This document shows positions 27,250 to 41,750 of a DNA stretch of 64,000 bases, one piece after another. Below the pieces are notes generated by a model that worked only from the letters and a program-made list of their open reading frames with translations, was not told the DNA's origin and searched no databases. Source of the DNA: the human T2T-CHM13v2.0 reference genome, Homo sapiens; assembly GCF_009914755.1 (NCBI RefSeq), contig NC_060929.1; one strand, written 5' to 3'. How positions within the stretch are numbered: the stretch's first letter is position 1; every line of letters starts with the position of its first letter. Position numbers and translations under genes: made by a program.

Positions 27250-29652
27250 TTATGCATGAGTAATTTTTCCTAGAATATTAACTAAGCCATTAAAGTTCAA
27301 CCAAGGCCTAGTTCTCATAGCCATTGGTTGCCACCAAAGTATAAATATACCTCATTCTGGCGTTGAAATGCTAAACTCAAGGAGCTAGGGTACTATCATG
27401 CCATTATAACACATTTTGGATTTGAATGTAACTCATCCCAAGACCAAGTACCACCCATCCACAGGTTAGAAAGCCAGATGGATACCTGTTTCAAGAGAAT
27501 CCATTTAACCCAACCACCTACATCAATTTAAAGTTTAATTTGGATGATGGATGAATTGGTCTTAACCTTTTATCTTTAATATACCATAATTCATAACTAC
27601 TTTGAGGATGTGAGTACATTTAGTCTTCCACAGTTACCTTAAAATGAAGTACACTGGTAGGGAAGTGCTATTGTTTCACTGATTATAAATTACAATAATA
27701 AAATTAATGTCAAATGTCATTTCAGTATATACTTTATTACCATGGTAACCCACAGGTAAGTGAGTTGGTAAAATTGCAAATTACATATTCCGCTATTTAA
27801 AGACGTCAATGAACTAAAGTCATTTAATCAAGCTTCTCATTGCCTGTGCTATGTAATCAAGACGACCCGATTAAAGTCAAAGCCAGAAAGCCACAAGCTC
27901 CCCACTCCTTGTCTGGCATTTCTGCCATCAAGTTCAGTCTGGCTCATGGCTGTATGCTATATTTTGTAAGCATGTTAATAGAGATTTGTTTTCTTGAGGG
28001 GATGGGGTCACAGTACAAAAGTGATTTAACTCCCAAATGGAAATCAGAGGAGGTCAATTTCCTCTTTTATCCCTCAAATGCACACACCATAAGAACCAGG
28101 GCATATCTGCTTCCCACAGAGAGAAACTGGTAGAGCCTTAGACTTTTTTCTCTGTTCTATCCAACCCTTGCCACTGGTCTCTCTTCCAGGCTACTCCATG
28201 GTCAGTTAGACACAGATCAGAATTGACCCCTGTGGTTTGTTCCTTTCAGGTTAGGTATAGGGAATTGGGGTGGTCTCCAGCTTCCTCCATCACCTACTCC
28301 TCTATCCTGATTCAGGGACAACTTCATGATGTCAATCCCAGGAATTTCTTGGCACCTGTCAAAGAGTACATCCTTTAATTGCCCTAAATATCAGTCCATA
28401 TACAATCAGGCACACAATATGTGCTCCACCACTGAATTCTTAAAGGATCCACACTTCTCCAGACTGTCTTCAATGGCCACTTAAACAAAACTGGGTTGTA
28501 ACTTTCAGAGGACATGGAGCAAGTAAAGTGAATTAACCTATTTGTCTTTTTAGAGTTGAGCTGTAGTGATGCATGGGCATAGAAACGGAGAATTCTCTCT
28601 GGAAACACAGAAGCATAAGCCCAAGAATTACTACTCGCCTGTGAGATTTGCATGAGTGATGCTTATTAATGTAATCTTAATAGGAAACAAATTGACATAA
28701 GACCTCTTTCTTATCCCCAAGTAGCTTCACCAGCAGATGAAGAGAGCTCTTCAGTCACTCCTGAAATTCCTTGAAAAGCCACAGGCATTGTTACCCCGGC
28801 AACATTCTATAAGAACAAATCTTGACCCACATGAGAGGTCAAGGCAGGGAATGTGGAATTTACAAAACAGAATAAAGCCTATTCGGAAAAGGACAGTTTA
28901 ACTATGCTCAATTGTTAGACCCCTCATTTTTCACTCTGAGCAATACTTAAAGTAATTTCTAAATCCCAGACTGACTTGCAGTACTATTTTCATACAGTTG
29001 CACTTCCTCCACCCACCCGCCTTGGGTGTAGAGATACAACCCAGCTCAGCAAGATTTCTGGTGTGGCAGGGGAGCAGACCTCCTGGCTCCCCAAGGTTTA
29101 TGCACCAAGTACAAAAGAGCTAGAGTTGGTGATGATGGGACTTAGGGGATGAGACCTCTCTAAAGGACCCCAGGGCTGCAATCTGGATGAAGAAACTTCC
29201 ATGCACTGTGAACAAATAGGCCCAGAGGAGATGGTCATACCTGACCTGAAACTGCCACCTAGGACCTATAGCACTTCAAAGATCACTGACATAAGGAGCA
29301 AGTCCTTCTAGAAGGACCCAGAAACCCCTTCCTCCCACTGCCCTGAGGTCACATGCATCACCTAGACACATTTTGGAGAAAAGTGAGAGGAAGGGCACAG
29401 AACTCTGGAAGCCTGAATTTTACCTGAAGCAAACAGGAAAAAGCTGGGTTATCCAAAGAAACTTTGCAAGTCTTTGCCTCAGCTCAGACAGAGTTTATGG
29501 ACTAAACTAAATTTTTTGGTTTTGTTCCCACAGACAGTATGTGACGATTCACAGAGAAGATCATATCAGTTATAGAAGAATAAAGGAGAATAAAGGTTCA
29601 TTTGTCTGGGTAATCTGAGTCCATGTAATTTTGTGACCTTGCTCTGCATGTT

Positions 29653-29720
29653 TGTGTGTGTGTATACTTATCACACACACACACATACACACAAGCACAC
29701 ACACACAATTACATAAAGAA
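29653..29720. repeat. (TG)n/(CA)n microsatellite cluster
   Basis: tgtgtgtgtgt followed by cacacacacacacatacacacaagcacacacacac. Confidence 0.8.
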
Positions 29721-31574
29721 AGAGAAATAGACAGGGAGAGTGACTGGAAACATAACAAACTCAGAAGTGATTCTTTCTGGATAATAGGTTTATGGAAAAG
29801 TTTTATTTTTTTCTTCCTGCAGATTCATTCATTTTTTCTAAATTTAGAATAATGAACCTACTTTTAATGATATGTAATTCATCTGTAAAGAGAGTTATTT
29901 TTCAAAAATAATGAGAATTTGCTGCTTCTCAGGAGGTGTCCCTTTTTATATTCTAGATAGCCACCCAGACTTCTTCCAGGTGCATTCTGTAAAGAACCTA
30001 GGACAAAAGCTTAATTCCCCAGGTTTTCCTGGACCCCTGACCAGTGACTGGCCACAGATGACCTTGAGTATGAAAATAGAAGGCTTAAAACCAATGCTAA
30101 GTCAGTTCTCACAAGGAGCAGATCCTTGCAGAAGGACCCAGAAACCCCTTCTTTCAACTGGAGATACATGGCAATGGCATATATATCCATTTATCTTGCC
30201 AAAGATTATTATTTTCAAAATTATCAAACTCTGACTAGGTCCAGACTCCTACTTGGCACTACTTGGCCATGCATCTTCTAGAAATTCTCTTTTCTAAATG
30301 ACGTATCTAGGGAGAGATGACCGCATTCTGAGCATTCTCAAAAGATTCCACCAGACACCACAGGCCTGAATGAGAATGGTCTTAAACAAGCTATACCACT
30401 GTCAGTGCCATCTCAGAGCTCAAAAGTAAAATCAGCCAAGACCATTTTTCACTGTTTCTGCCTCATTGCATAGTCTTGTGCTCTACCAAGTTCTCAAACT
30501 TTCCCACACACAGTCTTAAAGTCTGACTAGCTGAGAGATTAAAGGTGCAGTGTTTCTAACATCCACAACTACCTGTGCATGACATAATCAAGATTGTTAT
30601 AGTGTGTGCGAAGAGATTTCACCCCAACAGAGAGGGCTAGGCAGAGCATTCAGAAAAAATCATGTTTTTGTCTTATATTATAGTCTTACTTTTACTATTC
30701 TATTAATAGTGACACAACTCAACAGATTCCAGAAAACATATATCTAAGACCAAATTTAACCCAAGTGTTATCAATCCCTGAACCAACAAACACTCTCAAA
30801 GATAACATGCAGCACCTCATTTCAAGTAATTAAGCATATTGGAATCTGTCTTGATTCTAGCAGTGAAGAATCCAAAGCTCCTATCTGACAGGTTAATGAG
30901 GATTTGAAATGAACAGTATTACTAATGAGAGTCTTTGGAAATTAATCATATCATATTATTATTAACAACTGCAAAAGCTAAACTTCCAGAGATTAGATTA
31001 CATGGCATAATTTTGAAATGTGAATAAGCCAATATTAAAGTGACAGAAGGCTATTTCCAAGTGGGATTAATAAAACATAAAGCATAGAATAAAAATTAAG
31101 AATGGGTAAGGCAATTAAGATGTTCCTTCATTTAAATATATACATTAAAATGCAGTATTTTGTTTGATAAGTCATTTGTGCTATTGTTTTTGCCACTTAC
31201 CTTAAGTTCTACAAGAGAGAAGAAATAAATGCTGGAAGAATATTTTGATATTATGAAAATTGAGGTATAAAATAGCACAATTCTATTTACCCAGGAAGTT
31301 CTACTCCAACATAAGGCATCATATATCATTCCCAATTCTTTAATTGGCTCCTTTTTAGGAAATTCATAAGTGTGTCTGATTGAGAATGCCATTCTAGAAG
31401 TTTTCAAAGTAGGGCATCTTTACAGCCACCACTCCTATCCTTCAAGTGTATGGTAGGCGTGTCCAGTAATGATGGACTAGTAGCCAAACACATATTATCA
31501 ATGCCTCACACAGTTTTGAGATTTGCTGTCCCTCCTGGTAGGGAAGAAAGAGGCAGATTTTACTAAATAGGCAT

Positions 31575-32130
31575 TGTCATTCATTCCGGAACACTGGATG
31601 AGCACCTCGTATTTATCTGGCACTGTGCTGGATGCTGGAGATCCAGTCGTGAGCAAAATAGACATAGACCCTGAGCTCATGAAGCTAAACCTCTAATGAT
31701 GGAAACAGACATTAACCCAGCACCAAAATGAATTTCAAGGAAGTGATAAAAGGCCAAGAGTTGTGAAAAATAATGTTTAAGCAGCAGGCAAGTTCAGGCC
31801 ATGTTTTATCATTTTCCTAGGTTCAGTGCGAAGCCATTTAAGGGGAGTGTGTGTGTGTCTCTGTGTGTTGGGGAGGTGTGTGTAACATGACAGATGTGCA
31901 TATGAAAGAGATCTGCTGTCTGCTATGTGAGCGGTCTGGAAGCAAGCAAGGGGGTAAGTATGGAAAGACCATTTAAAAGGTTATAGCAGTAGTTCAGGCA
32001 GAAGGACTTGGATCTTGGTATCTTAGACTATAGAAGAGGTGATAATGATAGAAAAAAAGTAGACAGATTCAGAAGATCTTAACAAGGTCCACATACAGGG
32101 CATGAAAATGAATTGAATATGCAGGAATGA
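31575..32130 (-). mobile_element. L2 LINE fragment
   Basis: 'ggcactgtgctggatgctggagatccagtcgtgagcaaaatagacatagaccctg' and 'gcagtagttcaggcaga'. Confidence 0.7.
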
Positions 32131-33133
32131 GATCTTTAAAATGCACTCTGTAGGAGAGTTTCCAGAACTGCCTTGTGAGGTTGATAAGATTATTGTCATT
32201 TTATGTATAAGAAAGTAAATGTTTAGAAAGCAAAAAAGGACAAAAGTTAGACTTCCAACCCAAGTCTATCTGAGTTAGAAGCCCATGTCTTCTTCCATGA
32301 GACAAGTTTCATGTGAAGCAGAACGTGACCTTCAACACTGTCACCCACATATTTGTGAACATTCTCTCGCTGTATTAGTCCTTCTTATTTCTCTGTTCTT
32401 AACTTTTGCTCACAGAACTAACCTTTATTATTATACTTCCTGCTCCATTAGGCATCATAACCCTTATGACATTTATGTTCTCCTACCACTACTGTTTTTT
32501 TAACCAAGGTTCCCCTGTTGGCTTTGAAAAGGATGATGAGGATTTTTTTTTTCTGTTATAGTTTATGCAGTTGTCTTCCTCTTCCTCCTAAGTTGGCTAG
32601 ACAAAATTCCTTTCTGTAGCATCTGTCCATTGGTTTGCTTTTTATATACCAGTGAAAATAAATTTCCCCTGGACTCTACTCTCTTGCGTTAGCTTCTTAA
32701 GCTTCCTCCCCTATTCTGTTAATAACTGTCTCAACAGTGTCAAAGTTCTTTGGGAGGTCTCAAAACCATACACAAAGTCAAGACAGCAAATTATGTAATA
32801 TGACTTTTCTCACCCCCTTTATTTCTCCTTCTTTTATTAACTGCTCCCACATACCAAAGATTTACTGACCTTATTTCTTGATCAGTAATGTCACATATAA
32901 TGCTTTCTTGTCTTTTAAACATTTATGACCTAGTCAAATTTCTTCAGGGATTGGAATAATTTTTTTTTTTGAATCAATGAATACACTTCCTACTGGATAG
33001 AAAGTATGGCAGCTATTCTCAGATCACCAGATGCAGCCAAATGGCCATGTGAATGTCCATCCATCTTCCTGGTCCAAGCTGACATATTATGTGTGCCAGA
33101 ATTAGTGAGGTGGAGTATTGCAGGGGTTTAGGG

Positions 33134-33466
33134 CAGGGGTCTCCAACCCCTAGGCTGTGGACCGGTACTACTTTTTGGCCTGTTAAGAACTGGGCCACAC
33201 AGCAGGAGGCGAGCATCTAGTAAGCAAGCATTACCACCTGAGCTCTGCCTCCTGTCAGGTCAGTGAGAGCATTAAATTCTTACAGGGGCACAAACACCAC
33301 TGTGAACTGCACATATGAGGGATTTAGGTTGCGTGCTCCTTGTGAGAATCTAATGCTTGATGATCTGAGGTGGAACAGTTTCATCCCAAAACCATACCCC
33401 CACCATCTGTGGGAAAATTGTCTTCCACAAACCAGTTCCTGGTGCCAAAAAGGTTGGGGACCACTG
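33134..33466 (+). mobile_element. MER1B hAT-Charlie MITE
   Basis: TIRs 'caggggtctccaacc' and 'ggttggggaccactg'; internal 'gagaatctaatgcttgatgatctgaggtggaacagtttcatc'; ~333 bp. Confidence 0.9.
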
Positions 33467-33504
33467 TTTTCAGAATGTATGGTAATACTGCATAGTAGTT
33501 ATCT

Positions 33505-33700
33505 ACTTAATACCACGCTTGCTAGCTGTATGATCTTGGGTAAGTTACATAATCTCTATTCCTGAATTTTTTGATGCATATACTCACAATAGTATTATGT
33601 ACTTGATAGATTGTTATGAGGATTAAGTGAATAAATGCATGTAACATACTTATCTTAGTGCCTGGCACATAGATACACAATAAATACTGGTTATTATCAT
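33505..33700 (+). mobile_element. MIR SINE
   Basis: 'gctgtatgatcttgggtaagttacataatctct' and 'gttatgaggattaagtgaataaatgcatgtaa...gtgcctggcacatag'. Confidence 0.75.
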
Positions 33701-34389
33701 CATTGTCATCAATCATCTCTCCAACTAGATTCTAAATTTATTAAGGACAGAGGTTGTGTTTTATACCTCACTGCATCCTCAGAACTTGCCATCTAACCTC
33801 ACTTTATAGTAATGATAGAGTTTGAAAGGGTTGTTGTTAATTTTGCTGAGCAGTTTTAGTACTTCTCTTAAACTAGACAATATATTTCTATGAGTCATTC
33901 AATAGGAAATTTTCTATTTATGACGCCACTCATTTCACCCATTTAAGGAAATGTGAAATGTTGCTGAGTATATATTATTACATATAAAATATAAATGATT
34001 AATTTCTTTATATTACCCAGAAAATCCATTTATAGCACAAATTCACCTTTGTTAACTATATACAATAATGGGTGGCAATTAAACAGATTAAGGATAAATT
34101 GAAGTCAGAGATTGCACTCAGGGGAGAATTATTTGTAATGTTAAGAAATAAATATTTATGGAGACCAGGTGCTCAGAGTACAAAGAAGACAGGTGGGGAG
34201 AGCCCAGAGCAAGAGTAAGGGCCCTCACCCTGGATAGAGGGCCCAAAAGAAACAGTCCAGTCTTCAGGTCACCATTTCATTCTTCACAGCCACAACCAAG
34301 TGAGGAGACTAAGACAACACCAAGTCACCCCTCCTTTATGGATCACTTCAGCTCCCATGGACCCATCCACCTGTTTGCTTATAAGCCCT

Positions 34390-35130
<741 letters not shown>

Positions 35131-36199
35131 GTTTCAAAGCTTCTCAGGCAAGTCCTGGCTCATGTGTATGGGGAAGCCGGGGAAAGACATCTCATCTTTT
35201 GCCAACAGTTTCCTGCCAATTTCAGGTGGGAAAGGGGGCAAACAAAAAATACTTTTTGTAAAGCTTCTGTCTTTGTTAAATCCTCAAAATCTTTGGATAA
35301 AATTTCCTATCAAGGAAGGAATTTAAGAAATTTCTATTAAGATTTGGAAATTCACAATCAAAACAAGCCATTTGAAGGGCAGAGAAGTTATTAAGCAAAA
35401 ATGACAAGTAAGAATTAAAAAAAAAAGGCAACACTTCATCTGCTTCCCCTGGTCTGAGATGGAGTTTGGACACCAGAATGTTCATTTCTGTCTAAATGTT
35501 TTCCCTAAAAGAAATGTTTAGGTAGCAAATATTGTGTAGAAATATATTATCTGTTTCTCGAATAATGAAGTAAAATCAGAAATAAGCCCAATGCCTCCTG
35601 ATTTCGTCCTGCCGAAAGCTTTATTAAGCTTTTTTGTCAAATAAGTCTCAAGAAAAAGGAAAAAAGGGACCCTTCCTCTCTTTTAGTTCTAGACTCCTCT
35701 TCATTTCTCATAGGAATAAACCAGGAGCCATGGATTTTCATGAACATGCTCAAGGGTCCACAAACCAGTGCCTGAACGAGATGTGGGCTCTAAGTCATGT
35801 TGCCAAGCCAGATGTTTTCTTTTTCAGAAATGATTTTGCATCTCTTATCTTTCCCTCCCATTCATAAGTGGGATAATTAAAATGGATTGAGCATCCACTG
35901 GACATAAGGTAATATATTCAGTGCTCTTTCCAAAAATCTCTTATCTTCATTTTCCCATAAAGCAGAGACTAGATATACAAGGTTGCTTTCACTGGTATTT
36001 ATCTTCAAACAACAGGCAGGTGTTAAAAAGTAGTTAGGAAGGTCACAAATGTGTGTAGTAAAGACTGCTCACAGGTTTCTTCAGTGTCATATACACATGG
36101 CTCTCGTGTGTCATTTCTGCACACAGTGACAGAATATTTCTGAGAACCATTTAGAACATATAACGTGTGCATGTATTACTTCATATTACCTCATTCTGC

Positions 36200-36437
36200 C
36201 CAGTCCTATTTATCCTTGGAGAAAGTTCCACTTTTGGATTTAGTGGAAATATCTCCAATTCATCCAACTCAGGGATAAGCATATGACCCAGGAAAATCAT
36301 TTGAACCTTTGGATCTAAGGCTTCTGTGCCACTAGACTTTTCAGTTATGTGAGTCAATAAGATCCTCTCCCCTCTCCTTCATAGGCTATTTGGGGTTGGG
36401 TTTCTGCAGTTGTAGCTATAAAGTTCTAACTAATACA
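36200..36437 (+). mobile_element. LTR16-like ERVL LTR fragment
   Basis: 'gacttttcagttatgtgagtcaataa...gttgggtttctgcagttgtagc...ctaactaatac'. Confidence 0.45.
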
Positions 36438-36645
36438 CAATTGCTTTAGGTCAAACCAAACAAAAGCATTCCAGCTACATGGTAGCACAGTCACTGAACA
36501 ACTAGGAAGATGCATCATTTTGGCAGCTACAAGGCTGAGCTTGCCAAAGCCTTACAGTCAACAGAGCTATTAGAGTATTTCAGCCCCCATGTGAATTAAC
36601 TGGTTTGAGCATTTTGGGGTCTCTTTCTCCTGCCTACATACCCAG

Positions 36646-37040
36646 TGTATCAGTCAGGGTCCCAACAAGTATATTTAATCAAGTGCTAACTTACAGAGAG
36701 GTGAGCAGGATTCACAACGGATGGGTACCCAGAGACAAGCAACAATGAGAAGGCTTTACCAACCTGTGTTACAATCCTCAGAAAAAGCAGGAACCCTGGT
36801 GGGGCCCCTCAGCAGAAGCTGCCATCATGGAGGAATGCATGCCAGAGATATAGCACCAAGGCAGGGAAGCAGCAAGGAAGACATGACCCAACCCCTCTCT
36901 CCTTCTGTCTTCTGATCTGCCTGTGTGTGCCGTTGGCCAAACCCAGTGGAAGCCAGCTGGCAGGGAGTCCGGTGATGCAGACCTCAAACAGTCAGTTCCC
37001 TTGAACAGACAGCAGTGCAGAAAAAGAATCAGCAAATGAA
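36646..37040 (-). mobile_element. LTR33-like ERVL LTR
   Basis: Starts 'tgtatcagtcagggtcc'; contains 'ttggccaaacccagtggaagccagctggcagggagtccggtgatgcag'. Confidence 0.55.
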
Positions 37041-38824
37041 ACCAAGAATGAATGGGACACCTACCCACCCCCTGTTTTGGTAAAAATTATATAACACCAT
37101 TAAAGAATCATTGGGATAAAACGTGGGGGGAGCACATTGTTTTTGACTCCGCATGCTTGGTGCAAGAATTTTCACTGTCCAGAATTTCCTTCCTGTCTTT
37201 GCGCATATGAATCTGCACCATCTCTTCAGAGATGATTTTAAAACTTAAAGTATATCATTTTCGGTTTTAACATTATCACGTAAACCTTTTCACTCAGCAT
37301 TTTCTCACTTGTTCCCTAGATAGCCTTATATATTGAGGATATAGAAGAAAATAGAAAAGGAGCATGGAAGCTCTAAAGCCAGGCTCAGGGATGACAAAGA
37401 ACCCTAAGTGTTTGATGTTCCTCACATTCTCTGAAGAACAAATGCACCCAAGTGTATGGTCTTTAACAAGATGAATGCACACACTAGGATGTTTTGCTTT
37501 GTTTTCGTGCTTTCTCAGCATCATTTTCAGGCAGACATTTCTCCTTAATACATACAGTATACACGAAATTGTCTTTGGCTATAAAAATGCATTAACGGCT
37601 CCAAAGGAGCAATTACACCATACACTGTAAATGCACATTAAGACTAATACAGCATACTTATCTAAACCTCAATGAATTCAGAGCTATGGTATCACAAGTC
37701 CAAAGGTGACTCAGATTAGTTCAAGATATAAGACCCCAGGGGGAGAGGGCTTTCCTCTGCTGTGTCAATTACAATGATACAGGTATAAAGTAAGGACCTG
37801 ATCTCATTTTGTTGCTTTTTAAAGAAGCTTCAGCACCTAGGATGAGGTTGTATGCACAAAAGAGTGTTTATGCCAGTACATTCCCATGGTGAACTTCTGC
37901 AAGCCCTCTGACTCAGGTTAGCCCTTCACATTTGGAAATCACTGTGTCTCATGCAGACGGCGAGTCAATTACTGAGGCTATATGCCTGGTTTTAGAGTAG
38001 ACTTTATTTATTATCCTTGTTATGGCTGGGATATGGAGGACCCTAACCATAATGTGTGAAATCAGATTCTTCTGCTGTTGCATTACAAATCTCACTGGAT
38101 GCAGTGAATTTGCTTTATTCAGGTCTATTCTGGATTAACAGGAAGGAAAATATGGATTTTTTTAATCCATATAAAAAATGAAGACTTGTTAGAGACTTGT
38201 TTCTGATGTTTATGGATTTCTCTTTAGTGCATACAGCCTATGGAAAATTGTTTTTAAGCAATAAACAATAATTGTATTTGGGGACACAGAGGTACTGCTG
38301 CCGTATTGCATTCAGCTTGTGGATAAATTTCTCTGGCCTATTTTTTTTCTTATACAGACATAAAAATACAAAGACAAACAATAAATTTTCCTCCCTCTAC
38401 TGCAGCCTTTTCCTCTTCCACTTTATTTTCCACTACATTTCTCATTTGATATTACCTTTTTAAATTGCTAAATATAAATATTCCACAATGAATGTCTGTA
38501 ATTAGGTTGTCTGCTTCCCTTCAAGCACTTGTTAGAAAGAGAAAGGGCTTTAATCTAAAGCAAACTAACAGAGCTAGAAGTTAATTAGAAATTAACCATA
38601 TATCCTGGGTAAATTATTTATGCTAAGCCATGTGTTACTGTAAAAATAATATACATTTACACTGACTATTGTAAACATAAAATAATTAACAATAAAAGGG
38701 AAGATATTATCCCTTAATAGAATCCTTTTGCCAAGACCAATTTAATTTTCTCTCTCATAATACTGAATGATAACTCGAGGTATCTGCTTCATAAATGAAA
38801 CACAAGTGTTCTTTTATAGTCGTT

Positions 38825-39103
38825 CTTCAGTTCCCCTCTTTTCCCTTTTTCTTCTCTCCTCTCTACCCCTTTCTCCCTCTTCTTCATGAAGACTTGTTTT
38901 CTGATTTATGTGACCTTTTATCATACTTTTTCCTTCTCTTTTCATTTTTCTTCTTGCTTTGTCTTTTTCTTTCTTTCTTCCAATTGTTTTCTTTTGATTA
39001 AAAATGGAATAGATATCTAAAATCTCACTACACATGCTTCTCTTTCCCTTCTCACCCTATTTTTTGTTGTTTCTCTCTCCTCCTTTTTTCCCTTCCCTCT
39101 CTT
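38825..39103 (+). repeat. Low-complexity polypyrimidine (CT-rich) tract
   Basis: Long C/T-rich runs ending in 'ccttccctctcttag'. Confidence 0.75.
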
Positions 39104-41174
39104 AGGTATCCAGCCTTCTTATAAAATGTTTATTGTTTGAGCTGCTCAGGAAAAAATGTGCTAAGGTGCAAACATAAAATACAGTATATTTTAATTCTCT
39201 CTCCTTTTTCTTCCTTGTTCTATTAGCGAGGACATAAAGGTCATTCAAAATGGACCAACCCTGGAATGTGCTCTCAACCCACTTAGGGGCCTTTGGATTC
39301 ACCCCAAATGCTGAAATATGTTTGGTTTCTGGGGTGTGCACAAATATGTAATAGAATTTCACAACAGCCCTTTTGGGAATAGGGCATTTGTATTCATATA
39401 CTTCTATATGCATAATCAGTATTAAATACAATCTAATGAAGTGTCTTTGTGTCTAAAATGCAGTTACCTGAGGACTCTCCTTACAAAACATTCATTGAAT
39501 TTTTTTCCCATTCATGTCTGGCAGCAACAAATACTGTACAGCTTTTACATGGTTAGTGTAGGTGTTGTTAATGTACGTTCCACATCCATTTAAATGCAAA
39601 TCTTCATGCAAATAATTTGGAGGAGGAAAAAAAGAGAATGTGTTTAGCTGAAGACAAAGCTGGAGGGATAATAGAAAGCTTGAATAGGGTGTCAGCGGAC
39701 GGCTGCACAATAAAAACCTCCCCTGTATGAAAATGAAAACACATTAACAACAGCACAGAGGATTTCTCACTAGGTTCTTACAGTATTGTTGTATGTAAAC
39801 ATGATTCCCAGCAGCTGAAACAAAATGAATGAATTTGGGAGAAATTTACATGTCTCTAGGAGAAGTAAGAGGTCAAAATGGTTGTACAGGACACTTGATC
39901 AAGGCCCAAAATACCAACCATGGGCAAATATTTAGGCTTCCTTCAGAAATCCAAATTTTAGAAACAAACAGCTAATTGTCCAAATGACTCAATTGTTAAA
40001 TAGTGCTGTAGGAAGAGTGTTTCAACAAAAAAAATGTAGGAAATGAGCTGAGACTGAATAAATATCACCATACTTGAGAACAGCAACTTTGAGACTGAAT
40101 TTGGCTCTGGGGAAGGCTGGATTGTGATCCTAGGGAAATTTCCAATTTGCACTATTTGCAGAGAAAACATTACATCAACAAAGGTTAAGTGTTGGCATTA
40201 AGAAAAGCAGAACATCCTAGAGTTTCCCAGTTATTTCTATTTTAGGTACCTCTCCAAGTTTCCGTTGGATGCAACCAAAAAAGTTGACAAGAAATGAAGG
40301 AGGTTGCAAAATAACAAGGCCAAAGGGCTGGTAATGATATATGAACAGAAAAAAAAAAAAAAGATCTGTTGGTGTCAAATACTTCCAAATGGATAAATTG
40401 TGACACAGGTTGTTATATTTGAAAAAAAATGCTTCAGTTTTCTTGTAGGTTTCATTATTTGCGGTTGCTTCATTTGACAGCACCAACAGAGCCATGGAAC
40501 TTGGAAGACTTAATTTGGACATATTTTGGAAAGATTTCAATAGACTTTAGGCAGTATTATATGCTCTTTAACTTGGAGTGATTTCACATTTCTTGGAGAG
40601 TGCAACTGGCTAGAAAGATCATTTTATTTCCTTGGCTGCATATAGTCCAACAACCCTCCCACCCAACCCCCACCATCGCCTTGCCAAAAGGAAAAAAGAG
40701 TAAAAGAAAATAAAACCTTTGCAAAAATTAACTCAATGAATTATGTTTATTCTCCCCACAATGAAAATCTTTTCTTATTTAAATAAATATTTCTTTTCAA
40801 CACCAGTTCTCCCATTCTTCTATTTATTGCTCTTTGAGATAGCATTAGGAATCTTAAGACTATTTGTCTGCTTCTCCTACTCATCCAGTTCAAACATTCC
40901 ATATCTGCATGCTTTCTGCCATTGATTTCAAACCCTTAGATTATAACCAGAGTTGGATACATTCTGTAAAAGATTTGACTCTATGCCAGGACATCCGGTG
41001 GTATTAGAAAGTGAAAAAGTAAAAAATTTTTTCCCCTGAATAGCAGAAAGAGTTAAGGTTAAGAACAAGGAGAGAAATGGAGACAGCTTGGACTTTGAAC
41101 AGACTCGTTGGTTTCCAAGCATTAAATTGTCCATTGGAATTAATAAATACATGGCCTGCAGTTTATTTATACTG

Positions 41175-41312
41175 ATGTACATATTTAAGTTATTAGCTTA
41201 TATTTTAGCTATTAAATATATTTGTCATTTCAAATATTTATATATTTATTAAATATTTAAATTATCAAATATATTTGTTAATAAATATATATTTATATTT
41301 ATATTTATATAT
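41175..41312. repeat. AT-rich low-complexity tract
   Basis: Near-pure A/T, e.g. 'aaatatttatatatttattaaatatttaaatt'. Confidence 0.8.
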
Positions 41313-41344
41313 TCACTTTTCCATAAGGAATAGGCCAGGAGGAA

Positions 41345-41750
41345 GATATCTTCATCAGGATAAGCTAGATAATGCCATGACAAAAATGCCCAAAATTTTC
41401 ACTTATGTAATCCAACGAAAATTTACTCTTGGTCAGTCAATATCCACTGTGTGAGTTCAGGAGAGTTTTCAGGGCAACTGATCTCCATTCAGTGACTCAA
41501 GTCATCCAGGCTCATGAGGGGTCCACTTTCTTGTAACTGCACCATCCTGAGGCTGGGGGCATCTCTGTTGCCACAGAGGGAGAAGAGGGCTGCAACTGCA
41601 ATCAAATACTTGGGCTTGGTAGTACACATCATTTTTTCTTGTAGCCCATTAGCCAAAACTAGTCACATGACAGTGAGAGCAATATGTGACCCGCCCATAT
41701 TCTCAGAGGGCCTAGAGAAGTAGATATGAGTAAGAAAGTCTCTAGCACAG
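41345..41750 (-). mobile_element. MLT1J-like MaLR LTR
   Basis: 'tcaggataagctagataatgcc', 'cagtgactcaagtcatccaggct', 'cccattagccaaaactagtcacatg'. Confidence 0.6.
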
